Positions 1-10,486 of a stretch of DNA of 59,937 nucleotides are shown here, in pieces. The notes beneath the pieces were generated by a model that made no database searches, was not told the origin of the DNA, and saw nothing but the letters and a program-made list of their open reading frames with translations. This DNA is from Actinomycetes bacterium (GTDB lineage Bacteria > Actinomycetota > Actinomycetes > Actinomycetales > Dermatophilaceae), in assembly GCA_023451855.1 (NCBI GenBank), contig JAEXXY010000035.1, positions 1-59,937 of the forward strand. The letters run 5' to 3'. A program made the position numbers and the translations under genes. Within the stretch, counting starts at the first letter, position 1. Every line of letters begins with the position of its first letter.

Positions 1-567
1 GAGCGGCACACGCCGCCGTTCCGCCACGTGGCCGCCGCAGACGTGCCGGTCGAGCTGCGCGGCGCCGGGGTGGCCAGCCGCGAGGTGCGCAACTTCGGCA
101 CTCCCGGCATCCTCGACGCCGACTCGATCATCGCCTGCGAGGTGGTGACGCCCGCCGGCAACTGGAGCTCCTACCCGCCGCACAAGCACGACGAGGAGCG
201 ACCCGGCGTCGAGACGCAGCTCGAGGAGATCTACTACTTCGAGGTCCAGCACGAGGGCGGCGCCCCGGGTGAGAGGGGTGCGAACGGCGCGGATCCCGTT
301 GGCTACCAACGGGTCTACGGCACCGACGAGCGACCGATCGACGTGCTCGCCGAGGTGCGCAGCGGTGACGTCGTGCTCGTGCCGCACGGCTGGCACGGGC
401 CGGCGATGGCGCCGCCCGGCTACGACCTCTACTACCTCAACGTCATGGCCGGCCCCGGGCGGGAACGGGCCTGGCTCATCTGCGACGACCCGGCACACGG
501 CTGGGTCCGTGACACGTGGTCGACCCAGCAGGTCGACCCCCGACTCCCGCTTGGAGGCACCCGATGA
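1..567 (+). CDS. iolB: 5-deoxy-glucuronate isomerase (5' partial)
   Basis: Frame open from base 1; IolB cupin motifs GNWSSYPPHKHD, LEEIYYF, YYLNVMAGP; stop overlaps the iolD start (ATGA at 564-567). Confidence 0.93.
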   Translation, partial: ERHTPPFRHVAAADVPVELRGAGVASREVRNFGTPGILDADSIIACEVVTPAGNWSSYPPHKHDEERPGVETQLEEIYYFEVQHEGGAPGERGANGADPVGYQRVYGTDERPIDVLAEVRSGDVVLVPHGWHGPAMAPPGYDLYYLNVMAGPGRERAWLICDDPAHGWVRDTWSTQQVDPRLPLGGTR

Positions 568-2558
568 CGCGTGACGCCCAGCCCGACGCCGGTGGGGCCG
601 TGCGCCTCACGGTGGCTCAGGCCCTCGTGCGGTTCCTCGCGAACCAGTGGAGCGAGCGCGACGGGGAACGGCAGAAGCTCTTCGCCGGCTGCTTCGGCAT
701 CTTCGGCCACGGCAACGTCGCCGGGCTCGGCCAGGCCCTGCTGCAGAACGAGCTGGCCGACAGTCATGGTTCTGTGGAGCACCTTCCTTATGTGTTGGCC
801 CGCAACGAGCAGGCGATGGTGCACACCTCGGTGGCCTACGCCCGGCAGAAGGACCGCCTGCAGACGTGGGCGTGCACGGCGTCGGTCGGGCCCGGCTCGA
901 CGAACATGCTGACGGGCGCGGCGCTCGCCACGATCAACCGGATCCCCGTGCTGCTCCTGCCGTCCGGCACGTTCGCGACGCGGGTCAGCGCGCCGGTGCT
1001 CCAGGAGCTCGAGCTGCCCTACGCCGCCGACGTCACGGTCAACGACGCCTTCCGCCCGCTGTCGCGCTTCTTCGACCGGGTCAGCCGGCCGGAGCAGCTG
1101 CCGTCGGCGCTGCTCGGCGCCATGCGGGTGCTCACCGACCCGGTCGAGACGGGCGCCGTGACGATCGCGCTGCCGCAGGACGTCCAGGCCGAGGCGCACG
1201 ACTGGCCCGTCGGGCTGTTCGCGCCGCGGGTGTGGCGCGTGGCCCGGCCGCTCCCGGAGGCCGTCGACGTCGCCGACGCCGCTGCCGTGATCCGCTCGGC
1301 GAAGCGGCCGCTCGTCGTCGCCGGTGGAGGCGTGCACTACTCGGGCGCCGAGGAGGCGCTGCGGGCGTTCTGCGAGGCAACGGGCATCCCCGTGGGCGAG
1401 TCGCAGGCCGGCAAGGGCTCGCTGCCGCACGGCCACCCGCAGGAGATGGGCGCGGTCGGCTCGACCGGCACGACGGCCGCCAATGCGCTGGCGGCCGAGG
1501 CCGACGTCGTCATCGGCATCGGCACGCGGTGGAGCGACTTCACCACGGCGTCGCGAACAGCCTTCCAGGACAGCGGGGTCCGCTTCGTCAACATCAACGT
1601 CGCGAGGTTCGACGCCGGCAAGCACTCGGGGCTGGCGGTCGTGGCCGACGCCCGCGAGGCGCTGACCGCCCTGACGGCCGCGCTCGAGGGCTGGTCGGTC
1701 GACGACGCGTACCGTTCACGGCAGGCCGAGCTGTGGAGAGCGTGGGACGCGGCGGTCGAGTCGGCGTTCCACCCGCCCGCCGAGGTCACCGACCGGCTCG
1801 CCGCCGGCCTGCTGACGCAGGGTGAGGTGCTCGGCGCCGTCAACGAGCTGACCGACCCGCGCGACGTCGTGCTCTGTGCGGCGGGCTCCATGCCCGGCGA
1901 CATCCACAAGCTGTGGCGGGTGCGCGACCGCAAGGCCTACCACGTCGAGTACGGCTACTCCTGCATGGGCTACGAGGTGCCGGCGTCGATCGGGGTCCGC
2001 CTCGCCGACGAGTCGCGCGACGTGTTCGCGATGGTGGGTGACGGCGGGTACCTCATGATGCCGACCGAGCTCGTCACGGCGGTGCAGGAGCGGGTCAAGG
2101 TCGTCGTCGTCCTCGTGCAGAACCACGGGTTCCACTCGATCGGTTCGCTGTCGGAGTCGCTCGGCTCGCAGCGCTTCGGCACGAAGTACCGCTACCGCGA
2201 CGCGTCCTCGGGCCGCCTCGACGGCGACGTCCTGCCCGTCGACCTCGCCGCCAACGCGCGGTCGCTCGGTGCGCACGTCATCGAGGTGCACTCGCGCGAC
2301 GAGCTGCACCAGGCGCTCAAGGAGGCCAAGGCGTGGCCGTCCGACGGAGGACCCGTCGTCATCCACGTCGAGACCGACCCGACCGTCTACGCGCCCGACA
2401 GCGACTCGTGGTGGGACGTGCCGGTCTCGCAGGTCAGCGACCTCGACAGCACGCAGCACGCCTTCCGCGAGTACGAGGAGCACAAGGCGGTCCAGCGCCC
2501 GCTCGTCACCCCCGTCTCGACCACCTCCACCACCACGGCCCCGGAGTCCGCGTCATGA
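564..2558 (+). CDS. iolD: 3D-(3,5/4)-trihydroxycyclohexane-1,2-dione acylhydrolase (TPP-dependent)
   Basis: GIFGHGNVAG, RNEQAM, EYGYSCMGYE and the TPP-binding GDGG...N motif; GGAGG RBS before ATG 564. Confidence 0.95.
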   Translation: MTRDAQPDAGGAVRLTVAQALVRFLANQWSERDGERQKLFAGCFGIFGHGNVAGLGQALLQNELADSHGSVEHLPYVLARNEQAMVHTSVAYARQKDRLQTWACTASVGPGSTNMLTGAALATINRIPVLLLPSGTFATRVSAPVLQELELPYAADVTVNDAFRPLSRFFDRVSRPEQLPSALLGAMRVLTDPVETGAVTIALPQDVQAEAHDWPVGLFAPRVWRVARPLPEAVDVADAAAVIRSAKRPLVVAGGGVHYSGAEEALRAFCEATGIPVGESQAGKGSLPHGHPQEMGAVGSTGTTAANALAAEADVVIGIGTRWSDFTTASRTAFQDSGVRFVNINVARFDAGKHSGLAVVADAREALTALTAALEGWSVDDAYRSRQAELWRAWDAAVESAFHPPAEVTDRLAAGLLTQGEVLGAVNELTDPRDVVLCAAGSMPGDIHKLWRVRDRKAYHVEYGYSCMGYEVPASIGVRLADESRDVFAMVGDGGYLMMPTELVTAVQERVKVVVVLVQNHGFHSIGSLSESLGSQRFGTKYRYRDASSGRLDGDVLPVDLAANARSLGAHVIEVHSRDELHQALKEAKAWPSDGGPVVIHVETDPTVYAPDSDSWWDVPVSQVSDLDSTQHAFREYEEHKAVQRPLVTPVSTTSTTTAPESAS

Positions 2559-3445
2559 AGCTCGCCCTCGACCCGTACATGTTCCGCACGACGCCGCTGC
2601 TCGAGCTGCCCTCTGTCGTGGCCGATCTGGGCTACGAGTGGATCGAGCTGTCGCCGCGCGACGACTTCATCCCGTTCTTCAAGCACCCCCGCGTCGACGA
2701 CGCCGGTGTGGCGGCGTTCCGCACGGCGCTTCGCTCGGCCGGGGTCGGGGTGTCGTCGGTGCTGCCGTTGTTCCGCTGGTCCGGTCCCGACGAGGAGGAC
2801 CGGCAGGCGGCGGTGCGCTACTGGAAGCGCGCCATCCAGGTCGCCTCGCTCCTCGGCGTCGACACGATGAACTCCGAGCTCAACGGCAACCCGCGCGAGG
2901 CGGCGACGTGCGAGCGGATGTTCTGGCGCTCGATGGAGGAGCTGCTGCCCGAGTTCGAGAAGGAGGGCATCCGCCTCGTCCTCGAGCCGCACCCGGACGA
3001 CTGGGAGGAGGACGGCAAGCGCGCCGTCGACATCGTCAGGGGGATCAACAGCCCGAACGTGTCGTTCCTCTACTGCGCGCCGCACACGTTCCACCAGGGC
3101 AACGACTGCGACGGGATCATGGACAAGGCCGGCGACCTGCTGACGATGGTCCACGTCGCCGACGCCTACGACCACACCGCGTCGTCCGGGCTGCGCTACA
3201 TCGTCAACCCGCCCGGTTCGCAGGTCACCGTGCACCAGCACCTCGACATCGGCCAGGGCGAGGTCGACTTCGACGAGTTCTTCCGCGGCCTCGAGCGCAT
3301 CGGCTTCGACGGCATCGTCACCTCCTGCGTCTTTGCCTGGGAGGACCGCGCCCGCGAGTCGAGCGAGTACATGCGCGACACGATCCGCTCCTACCTCGAC
3401 AAGTGGTCCACCCCGCCCACCCTCGTCTCCCCCTACGGCCGCTGA
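2555..3445 (+). CDS. iolH: sugar phosphate isomerase/epimerase family protein (IolH-like)
   Basis: MKLALDPYM start coupled to the iolD stop (ATGA); TIM-barrel motifs EPHPDD, YCAPH, HQHLDIGQGEVD; iol context. Confidence 0.8.
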   Translation: MKLALDPYMFRTTPLLELPSVVADLGYEWIELSPRDDFIPFFKHPRVDDAGVAAFRTALRSAGVGVSSVLPLFRWSGPDEEDRQAAVRYWKRAIQVASLLGVDTMNSELNGNPREAATCERMFWRSMEELLPEFEKEGIRLVLEPHPDDWEEDGKRAVDIVRGINSPNVSFLYCAPHTFHQGNDCDGIMDKAGDLLTMVHVADAYDHTASSGLRYIVNPPGSQVTVHQHLDIGQGEVDFDEFFRGLERIGFDGIVTSCVFAWEDRARESSEYMRDTIRSYLDKWSTPPTLVSPYGR

Positions 3446-3506
3446 GCCGAACCCTCTTTCCCGAGTTCCGCTGCCGCGCAGCCCGTTCCACCGAAGGACA
3501 AGCACC

Positions 3507-5006
<1,500 letters not shown>

Positions 5007-5027
5007 GCTGCAGGGACTCTCGGACCG

Positions 5028-6041
5028 ATGACCTTCCCCACGGCGCTGCCCGCGCCGCGCACCCCGGACCCGATGGACGCCCCGCCGCTGCGGTGGGGTG
5101 TCCTCGGGACGGGCTGGATCGCGCAGCGTTTCTGCGACGCGATGGCCCGGCACACGCGTCAGCGCGTGCTCGCCGTCGGGTCACGGACGCGTCAGGGTGC
5201 TGACGCCTTCGCCAACGCCTTCGTGGCCCGGGCGGGCGGCGCCGGGGGCGCCCGGGGCATCGAGCGTCCGGCGACGTACGCCTCCTACGAGGCTCTCGTC
5301 GCCGACCCGGACGTCGACGTCGTCTACGTCGCGACACCGCACCACCTGCACCTGCCGCACGCACGGCTCGCGCTCGAGGCGGGCAAGGCGACCATCGTCG
5401 AGAAGCCGATGGGCCTGTCGGCGGCCGAGGTCGCCGAGCTCGAGGCCCTGGCATCCGCGCGGGGGCTGTTCCTCATGGAGGCGCTGTGGTCGGCGTACCT
5501 GCCGAAGTTCGACGTCGTCCGGCAGCTGCTCGACGGCGGCGCGCTAGGCACGGTCCACTCGGTGCAGGCCGACCTCGGTGAGTACTTCGGGCCGGACCAC
5601 CGCATCATGCGCGCCGACCTCTTCGGCGGCCCGCGGTACGACCTGCTGACCTACCCGCTGTGGTTCGCCCGGTGGGTGCTCGGCGACCTCGAGGAGGTCA
5701 CCGAGGTCGTGACGCCGGCCCCGGCGTCGCTGAGCCCGGACGGCGTCGAGGGACAGATCGCCGTGTCGGCACGGTCGGCGTCCGGCGGGCTCGCCTCGCT
5801 GTTCGCGACGATCCTCGGCGACACCCCGACCACCGCGACGGTCGTCGGCTCCGCTGGGACGCTCCGGATCGACGGGCCCTTCTACCAGCCGGGCGGGTTC
5901 ACCCTGCGCGCCCACGACGGTCGCGAGCTGCGATACGACGAGCCGCGCATCGGCCACGCCGGGCTCCACCACGAGGCGGCCGCGGCAGCGCGGGCCGTCG
6001 CAGCCGGGCGAGTCGTCGCCCACCCCCAGACCACCGGGTGA
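5028..6041 (+). CDS. Gfo/Idh/MocA family oxidoreductase (possibly C-terminally shortened)
   Basis: GTGWIA Rossmann motif, VYVATPH, EKP, FLMEALW. Confidence 0.85.
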   Translation: MTFPTALPAPRTPDPMDAPPLRWGVLGTGWIAQRFCDAMARHTRQRVLAVGSRTRQGADAFANAFVARAGGAGGARGIERPATYASYEALVADPDVDVVYVATPHHLHLPHARLALEAGKATIVEKPMGLSAAEVAELEALASARGLFLMEALWSAYLPKFDVVRQLLDGGALGTVHSVQADLGEYFGPDHRIMRADLFGGPRYDLLTYPLWFARWVLGDLEEVTEVVTPAPASLSPDGVEGQIAVSARSASGGLASLFATILGDTPTTATVVGSAGTLRIDGPFYQPGGFTLRAHDGRELRYDEPRIGHAGLHHEAAAAARAVAAGRVVAHPQTTG

Positions 6042-6086
6042 CCCGCGGCGACGCAGCCGCAGCCCGAGGAAGCGAGAGGAAGCACC

Positions 6087-7019
6087 ATGGCCGAGTCCAG
6101 GGCCCGCAACACCGACGAGCGCTACAGCAAGCTGACGATCGGCGTGTGCCCCGACCAGTGGGGCGTCTGGTTCCCCGAGGACGACAAGCAGATCCATTGG
6201 GAGACAGCGCTCGACGAGATGGCCGAGGCCGGCTTCTCGGTCATGGAGACCGGGCCGTTCGGCTACTTCCCCAAGGACCCGAAGCGGCTGCAGGAGGAGA
6301 TGGACAAGCGGGGCTTCCAGGTCGTGGCCGGAACCGGATGGGGCATCCTCCACAAGCCCGAGGCCTGGGCCGACACGGAGAAGACCTTCCGGGAGATCGC
6401 CGAGACCCACGCGGCCGTCGGTGCGGAGTACGTCGTGCACCTGCCTCCGATGTTCCGCGACGAGAAGACGTGGGAGTACACGGACGACCGGGTGCTGTCG
6501 ACCGCCGCGTGGAACACCTACATCGCCAATGCCGACCGGCTCGGACGGATCATGAAGGAGGACTACGGCCTCCAGATGGTCCTGCACCCGCACGGCGACA
6601 GCCACATCGAGACCCCGGCCGACATCGACCGGATCTTCCAGGCCACCGACCCCGAGTACGTCGGCTTCTGCCTCGACACCGGGCACATCGTCTACGGCGG
6701 TGGCGACCCGATGGAGCTGTGCCGCAAGTACCCCGAGCGCATCTCCTACGTCCACATCAAGGCCATGGACGAGGGACTGGTCAAGCAGGCCCACGACGAG
6801 GACTGGCCCTTCGGCCTCGCCGTCGCCAAGGGCTGCTCCGTGCGACCGCCGGCCGGCGCCCCCGACATGCCCTCGCTCATCGAGGCCCTCGCCGACCTCG
6901 ACAAGGAGCTCTACGTCGTGTGCGAGCAGGACATGTATCCCTGCGACCCGTCCTACCCGCTGCCCAACGCCATCCAGACCCGCGAGTACCTCGCCTCCAT
7001 CGGCCTCGGCCTGCTCTGA
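6087..7019 (+). CDS. iolE: myo-inosose-2 dehydratase-like TIM-barrel protein
   Basis: PDQWGVWF, ETGPFGYFP, HPH, CLDTGH, HIK, VEQD-like motif; iol context. Confidence 0.75.
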   Translation: MAESRARNTDERYSKLTIGVCPDQWGVWFPEDDKQIHWETALDEMAEAGFSVMETGPFGYFPKDPKRLQEEMDKRGFQVVAGTGWGILHKPEAWADTEKTFREIAETHAAVGAEYVVHLPPMFRDEKTWEYTDDRVLSTAAWNTYIANADRLGRIMKEDYGLQMVLHPHGDSHIETPADIDRIFQATDPEYVGFCLDTGHIVYGGGDPMELCRKYPERISYVHIKAMDEGLVKQAHDEDWPFGLAVAKGCSVRPPAGAPDMPSLIEALADLDKELYVVCEQDMYPCDPSYPLPNAIQTREYLASIGLGLL

Positions 7020-7059
7020 GCCCGCGGGCTCTCCCTCACACTGACGAAGGAGTCACGAC

Positions 7060-8064
7060 ATGACCGTCCGCATCGGGATGATCGGCCCCGGGGGCATGGG
7101 CCAGGCCCACATCGACCGCATCCACACCGTCATCGGCGGCGGCCGCGTCGTCGCCGTCAGCGACGTCGACGAGGTGCGCGCCAAGGAGGTCGCCGACCGC
7201 ATCGGCGGCACGGCGTACGCGTCGTCGGCCGACCTCATCGCCGCCGACGAGGTCGACGCCGTGATGATCTGCAGCTACGGCCCGGCCCACGAGGTCGACG
7301 TGCTCGCGGCCATCGCCGCGGGCAAGCCGGTGTTCTGCGAGAAGCCGCTGACGCCGACGGCCGACGCCGCCCTGCGCATCATGGAGGCCGAGCAGGCCGG
7401 CGGGCGACGGCTCGTCACCGTGGGGTTCATGCGCCGGTTCGACCGCAGCTACCGCCAGATGAAGGAGCTGCTCGACTCCGGCGAGCTCGGCGAGACCCTC
7501 ATGGTGCACTGCGCGCACCGCAACCCGACCGTGCCCGAGCACTACACGTGGGACATGGCGATCAACGACACCGCCATCCACGAGATCGACACGATGCGCT
7601 GGCTGCTCGGCGAGGAGTTCGTGTCGGCCCGTGTCGACAAGCCGAAGAAGACGTCGCTGCGGTTCGAGCACCTTCAGGACCCGCTCGTGCTCGTGCTCGA
7701 GACGGAGTCGGGCATCCGCGTCGACGACGAGATCTTCGTCAACTGCCAGTTCGGCTACGACATCCGCTGCGAGGCCGTCGCCGAGAAGGGCACCGTGTCG
7801 CTGGCCGACCAGAACGTCGTCGAGGTGCGCGACGCCGCCGGCCACCGCAACGTCATCACGCGGGACCACAACGACCGCTTCTGGGGTGCGTTCGTCACCG
7901 AGGTGCAGGAGTGGATCAACGCCGTCGCCGCCGGAGAGCACACCGGCTCGACGTCGTGGGACGGCTACGCCGCGGCGTGCGTCTGCGACGCCGGCGTCAA
8001 GGCGCTGACCGACGACGGGGTCGTCAAGGTCGAGATGATCGCCAAGCCGGACTTCTACGCCTGA
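7060..8064 (+). CDS. iolG: inositol 2-dehydrogenase
   Basis: GxGxMG, CEKPL, GFMRRFD, HRNP, HEID, GYDIRCE, WDGY motifs; AAGGAG RBS. Confidence 0.88.
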   Translation: MTVRIGMIGPGGMGQAHIDRIHTVIGGGRVVAVSDVDEVRAKEVADRIGGTAYASSADLIAADEVDAVMICSYGPAHEVDVLAAIAAGKPVFCEKPLTPTADAALRIMEAEQAGGRRLVTVGFMRRFDRSYRQMKELLDSGELGETLMVHCAHRNPTVPEHYTWDMAINDTAIHEIDTMRWLLGEEFVSARVDKPKKTSLRFEHLQDPLVLVLETESGIRVDDEIFVNCQFGYDIRCEAVAEKGTVSLADQNVVEVRDAAGHRNVITRDHNDRFWGAFVTEVQEWINAVAAGEHTGSTSWDGYAAACVCDAGVKALTDDGVVKVEMIAKPDFYA

Positions 8065-8076
8065 ACCGAGGGGTCT

Positions 8077-8113
8077 CTCGAGGCCCGGTCGGGCCCTCCG
8101 GCCGGGCCTCGAG
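8077..8113. terminator. hairpin terminator between convergent iolG and M1 peptidase genes
   Basis: 16-bp inverted repeat CTCGAGGCCCGGTCGG / CCGGCCGGGCCTCGAG with one G-U-type mismatch. Confidence 0.75.
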
Positions 8114-8118
8114 GCACT

Positions 8119-9498
8119 TCACCACGACGTCGGCTTCTGCGGCTGGTAGAGCCAGACGTCGAAGAAGCGGGTCAGGTCCGTCCCCGAGATCTGCTCCGCG
8201 AGCGCGATGAACTGGGCGGTGCTGACGGTGCCGTACCGGTTCTGCTGCAGCCAGGTCCGCATGATCCGGAAGAAGGCGTCGTCACCGACCTTCTGGCGCA
8301 GAGCCTGCACCGTCATCGCGCCGCGTTCGTAGACGGTCCCGTCGAAGAGCTGGGCCGGACCCCCAGGGTCCGCCGGCGGCGGCGTCCAGAAGGACGTCTT
8401 CGAGGCGGGCGTGTTGTAGAGGTTGTCGAAGTAGCCCTGAGCACTCCGGCGTCCGTCGTGCTCGCTCCAGATCCACTCGGACCACGTCGCGAACCCCTCG
8501 TGGAGCCAGATGTCCTGCCAGCGCCCGAGCGTGACCGAGTCGCCGAGCCACTGGTGGGACAGCTCGTGGGCGAGCGTCGTCTCGTCGGGCATCCGGTCGA
8601 AGACCGGTTTCGTCTGTGTCTCGAGGGAGTAGCCCACCTCCGGGGCGTCGTCCGCGACGGCGCCCACGGCATCGAACGGGTAGGGCCCGTAGATCGAGTC
8701 GTAGAACCGCACGATCTCCGGCAGCTTCCGGAGCACGTTGCCGGAGGGGAGGGTCGGGTCGATGGCGACGTAGGAGGGGATGGTGCCGACCTGGGAGATC
8801 GTCAGGTCGAATCGCCCCACGGTCGCCGTGGCGAGGTAGGGCGCCATCGGGTCGCTCTCGCGCCAGGCCCACGTCGTGCGCTCCCCGGACGACACGTTCG
8901 AGACGAGCACGCCGTTGGACATGACGGTGAGGCCCCGCGGCACGGTCACCGAGATGTCGTAGGTCGCCTTGTCCCGGGGGTCGTCGTTCACCGGGTACCA
9001 GCCGGGCGAGCCCTGCGGCTCCCCGACGACGAACGCGCCGTCGTCGGTCGGCACCCAGCCCTCCGTCGACCCGTCGGGGTCGGTCACCGGGTGGGGCTCA
9101 CCGGAGTAGCTGACGGCGACCGTGAACGAGACGCCGGCGCGAAGGCCGTGGCGGGGAGTGATGACGAGCTCCTGGTCGCCCGAGCGCACGTAACCGGCAG
9201 GAGCGTCGTTGACCTGCAGCGCCGAGATCGTGAAGCCGCGGAGGTCGAGGTCGAAACGCGAGAGGTCCTGGGTCGCGGTCGCCGTGATGACCGCCGTGCC
9301 GGTGAGCTGCCGCGTACCCGGCTCGTAACCGAGCCTCAGCGAGTAGTGGGAGACGTCGTAGCCGCCGTTCCCCGCGTCGGGGAAGTACGGGTCGCCTCCG
9401 CCGGGCGCGCCGGGAGTGAAGCCCGCGGCACCGGCCGGTCCGGCGCTCAAGAGGACCAGCGCCGCCGCGGCCAGCGCACCCTTGCGTCGTGCGCGCAT
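8119..9498 (-). CDS. secreted M1 family zinc metallopeptidase
   Basis: Signal peptide MRARRKG...PAGA; GDPYFP..GNGGYDV N-terminus; HELSH-x18-E zinc motif (WLHEG); YERGA. Confidence 0.92.
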   Translation of the reverse strand: MRARRKGALAAAALVLLSAGPAGAAGFTPGAPGGGDPYFPDAGNGGYDVSHYSLRLGYEPGTRQLTGTAVITATATQDLSRFDLDLRGFTISALQVNDAPAGYVRSGDQELVITPRHGLRAGVSFTVAVSYSGEPHPVTDPDGSTEGWVPTDDGAFVVGEPQGSPGWYPVNDDPRDKATYDISVTVPRGLTVMSNGVLVSNVSSGERTTWAWRESDPMAPYLATATVGRFDLTISQVGTIPSYVAIDPTLPSGNVLRKLPEIVRFYDSIYGPYPFDAVGAVADDAPEVGYSLETQTKPVFDRMPDETTLAHELSHQWLGDSVTLGRWQDIWLHEGFATWSEWIWSEHDGRRSAQGYFDNLYNTPASKTSFWTPPPADPGGPAQLFDGTVYERGAMTVQALRQKVGDDAFFRIMRTWLQQNRYGTVSTAQFIALAEQISGTDLTRFFDVWLYQPQKPTSW

Positions 9499-9586
9499 CC
9501 TGGTCACCACCCCGGATCGTCATCGTGGACCATTCGAGCGTAGGACCGACGGGCGGGACGGACTTGGGATTCTCAGGTTCGTCTGC

Positions 9587-9605
9587 TTAGGTAAGCCTGA
9601 CCTTA
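9587..9605. promoter_or_regulatory. DtxR/IdeR iron box
   Basis: TTAGGTAAGCCTGACCTTA matches the consensus TWAGGTWAGSCTWACCTWA at 18 of 19 positions; lies directly upstream of bfd-bfr. Confidence 0.9.
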
Positions 9606-9631
9606 GTCCGCTGGTCGCTCCGCGACCCTGG

Positions 9632-9674
9632 CCGTCACCCGGCCCGTCACCCAGCCCGTTGCCCAGCCCGTTGC
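9632..9674. repeat. imperfect 12-bp tandem repeat (about 3.5 copies) upstream of bfd
   Basis: CCGTCACCCGGC CCGTCACCCAGC CCGTTGCCCAGC CCGTTGC. Confidence 0.7.
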
Positions 9675-9685
9675 TCGGAGGACCC

Positions 9686-9940
9686 GTGATCGTCTGCCAC
9701 TGCGCCGTGGTGACCGACCGCGACGTCACCGACGCCTGGGACGCCGGCGCGCGCAGCCTGGGGCAGGCGTGCCGCACCACCGGGGCGGGCACCGACTGCG
9801 GGTCCTGCGTCTTCTCCCTCAAGCGGCTCCTGTGCGAGCATGAGGCCTCAGTCACCCGGTCGCTGTCGGACCCGACGCGCGACCTCGTGTCCGACCCGAT
9901 GCCCACGCCGCTGGAGGTGGTGGAAGGTGCAGCCAGCTAG
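9686..9940 (+). CDS. bfd: bacterioferritin-associated (2Fe-2S) ferredoxin
   Basis: GTG start after GGAGG; IVCHC...GAGTDCGSC Bfd cysteine pattern; adjacent to bfr. Confidence 0.88.
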   Translation: MIVCHCAVVTDRDVTDAWDAGARSLGQACRTTGAGTDCGSCVFSLKRLLCEHEASVTRSLSDPTRDLVSDPMPTPLEVVEGAAS

Positions 9941-10415
9941 CCCTCGAGTCGTCGAGCTGCTCAACGACGCCCTGACCTTCGAGCTGACAATCACGAACAC
10001 GTACTTCCTCCACGCGCGCATGCTCGACAGCTGGGGGTTCACCAAGCTCGGCAAGGTCTTCTACGACCTGTCCATCGACGAGATGCGCGACGCCGACGAC
10101 CTCATCAACCGCATCCTGCTCTTCGACGGCCACCCCAACGTGCAGAAGCTCGGGGCCATCAGCATCGGCGAGGACGCCCACGAGATGCTCAAGCTCGCCT
10201 TCGAGAGCGAGAAGGCGGCGGTGGCGCAGTTCAACGCCGGCGCCAAGGCGTGCCACGAGCTCGGCGACCACGGCAGCGCCGCGGTCTTCGAGGAGATGGT
10301 CCGCGACGAGGAGAAGCACGCCGACTGGTTCGAGAGCCAGCTCGACGCGATCGAGCGGATCGGCCTTCAGCAGTACCTCGCCCAGCAGCTGGGTGAGGGC
10401 GGCCCCGGGGCCTGA
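9927..10415 (+). CDS. bfr: bacterioferritin
   Basis: ELT..N.YFLH, SIDEM (haem-ligand Met), RILLFDGHPN, DEEKH; 162 aa. Confidence 0.92.
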   Translation: MQPASPRVVELLNDALTFELTITNTYFLHARMLDSWGFTKLGKVFYDLSIDEMRDADDLINRILLFDGHPNVQKLGAISIGEDAHEMLKLAFESEKAAVAQFNAGAKACHELGDHGSAAVFEEMVRDEEKHADWFESQLDAIERIGLQQYLAQQLGEGGPGA

Positions 10416-10486
10416 GCCCCGAGACCGCCCGCGGTCCCCCGTGCCGGAGCGACCACGCCCACGGCACCCGTGGCGACCCAGATCGC

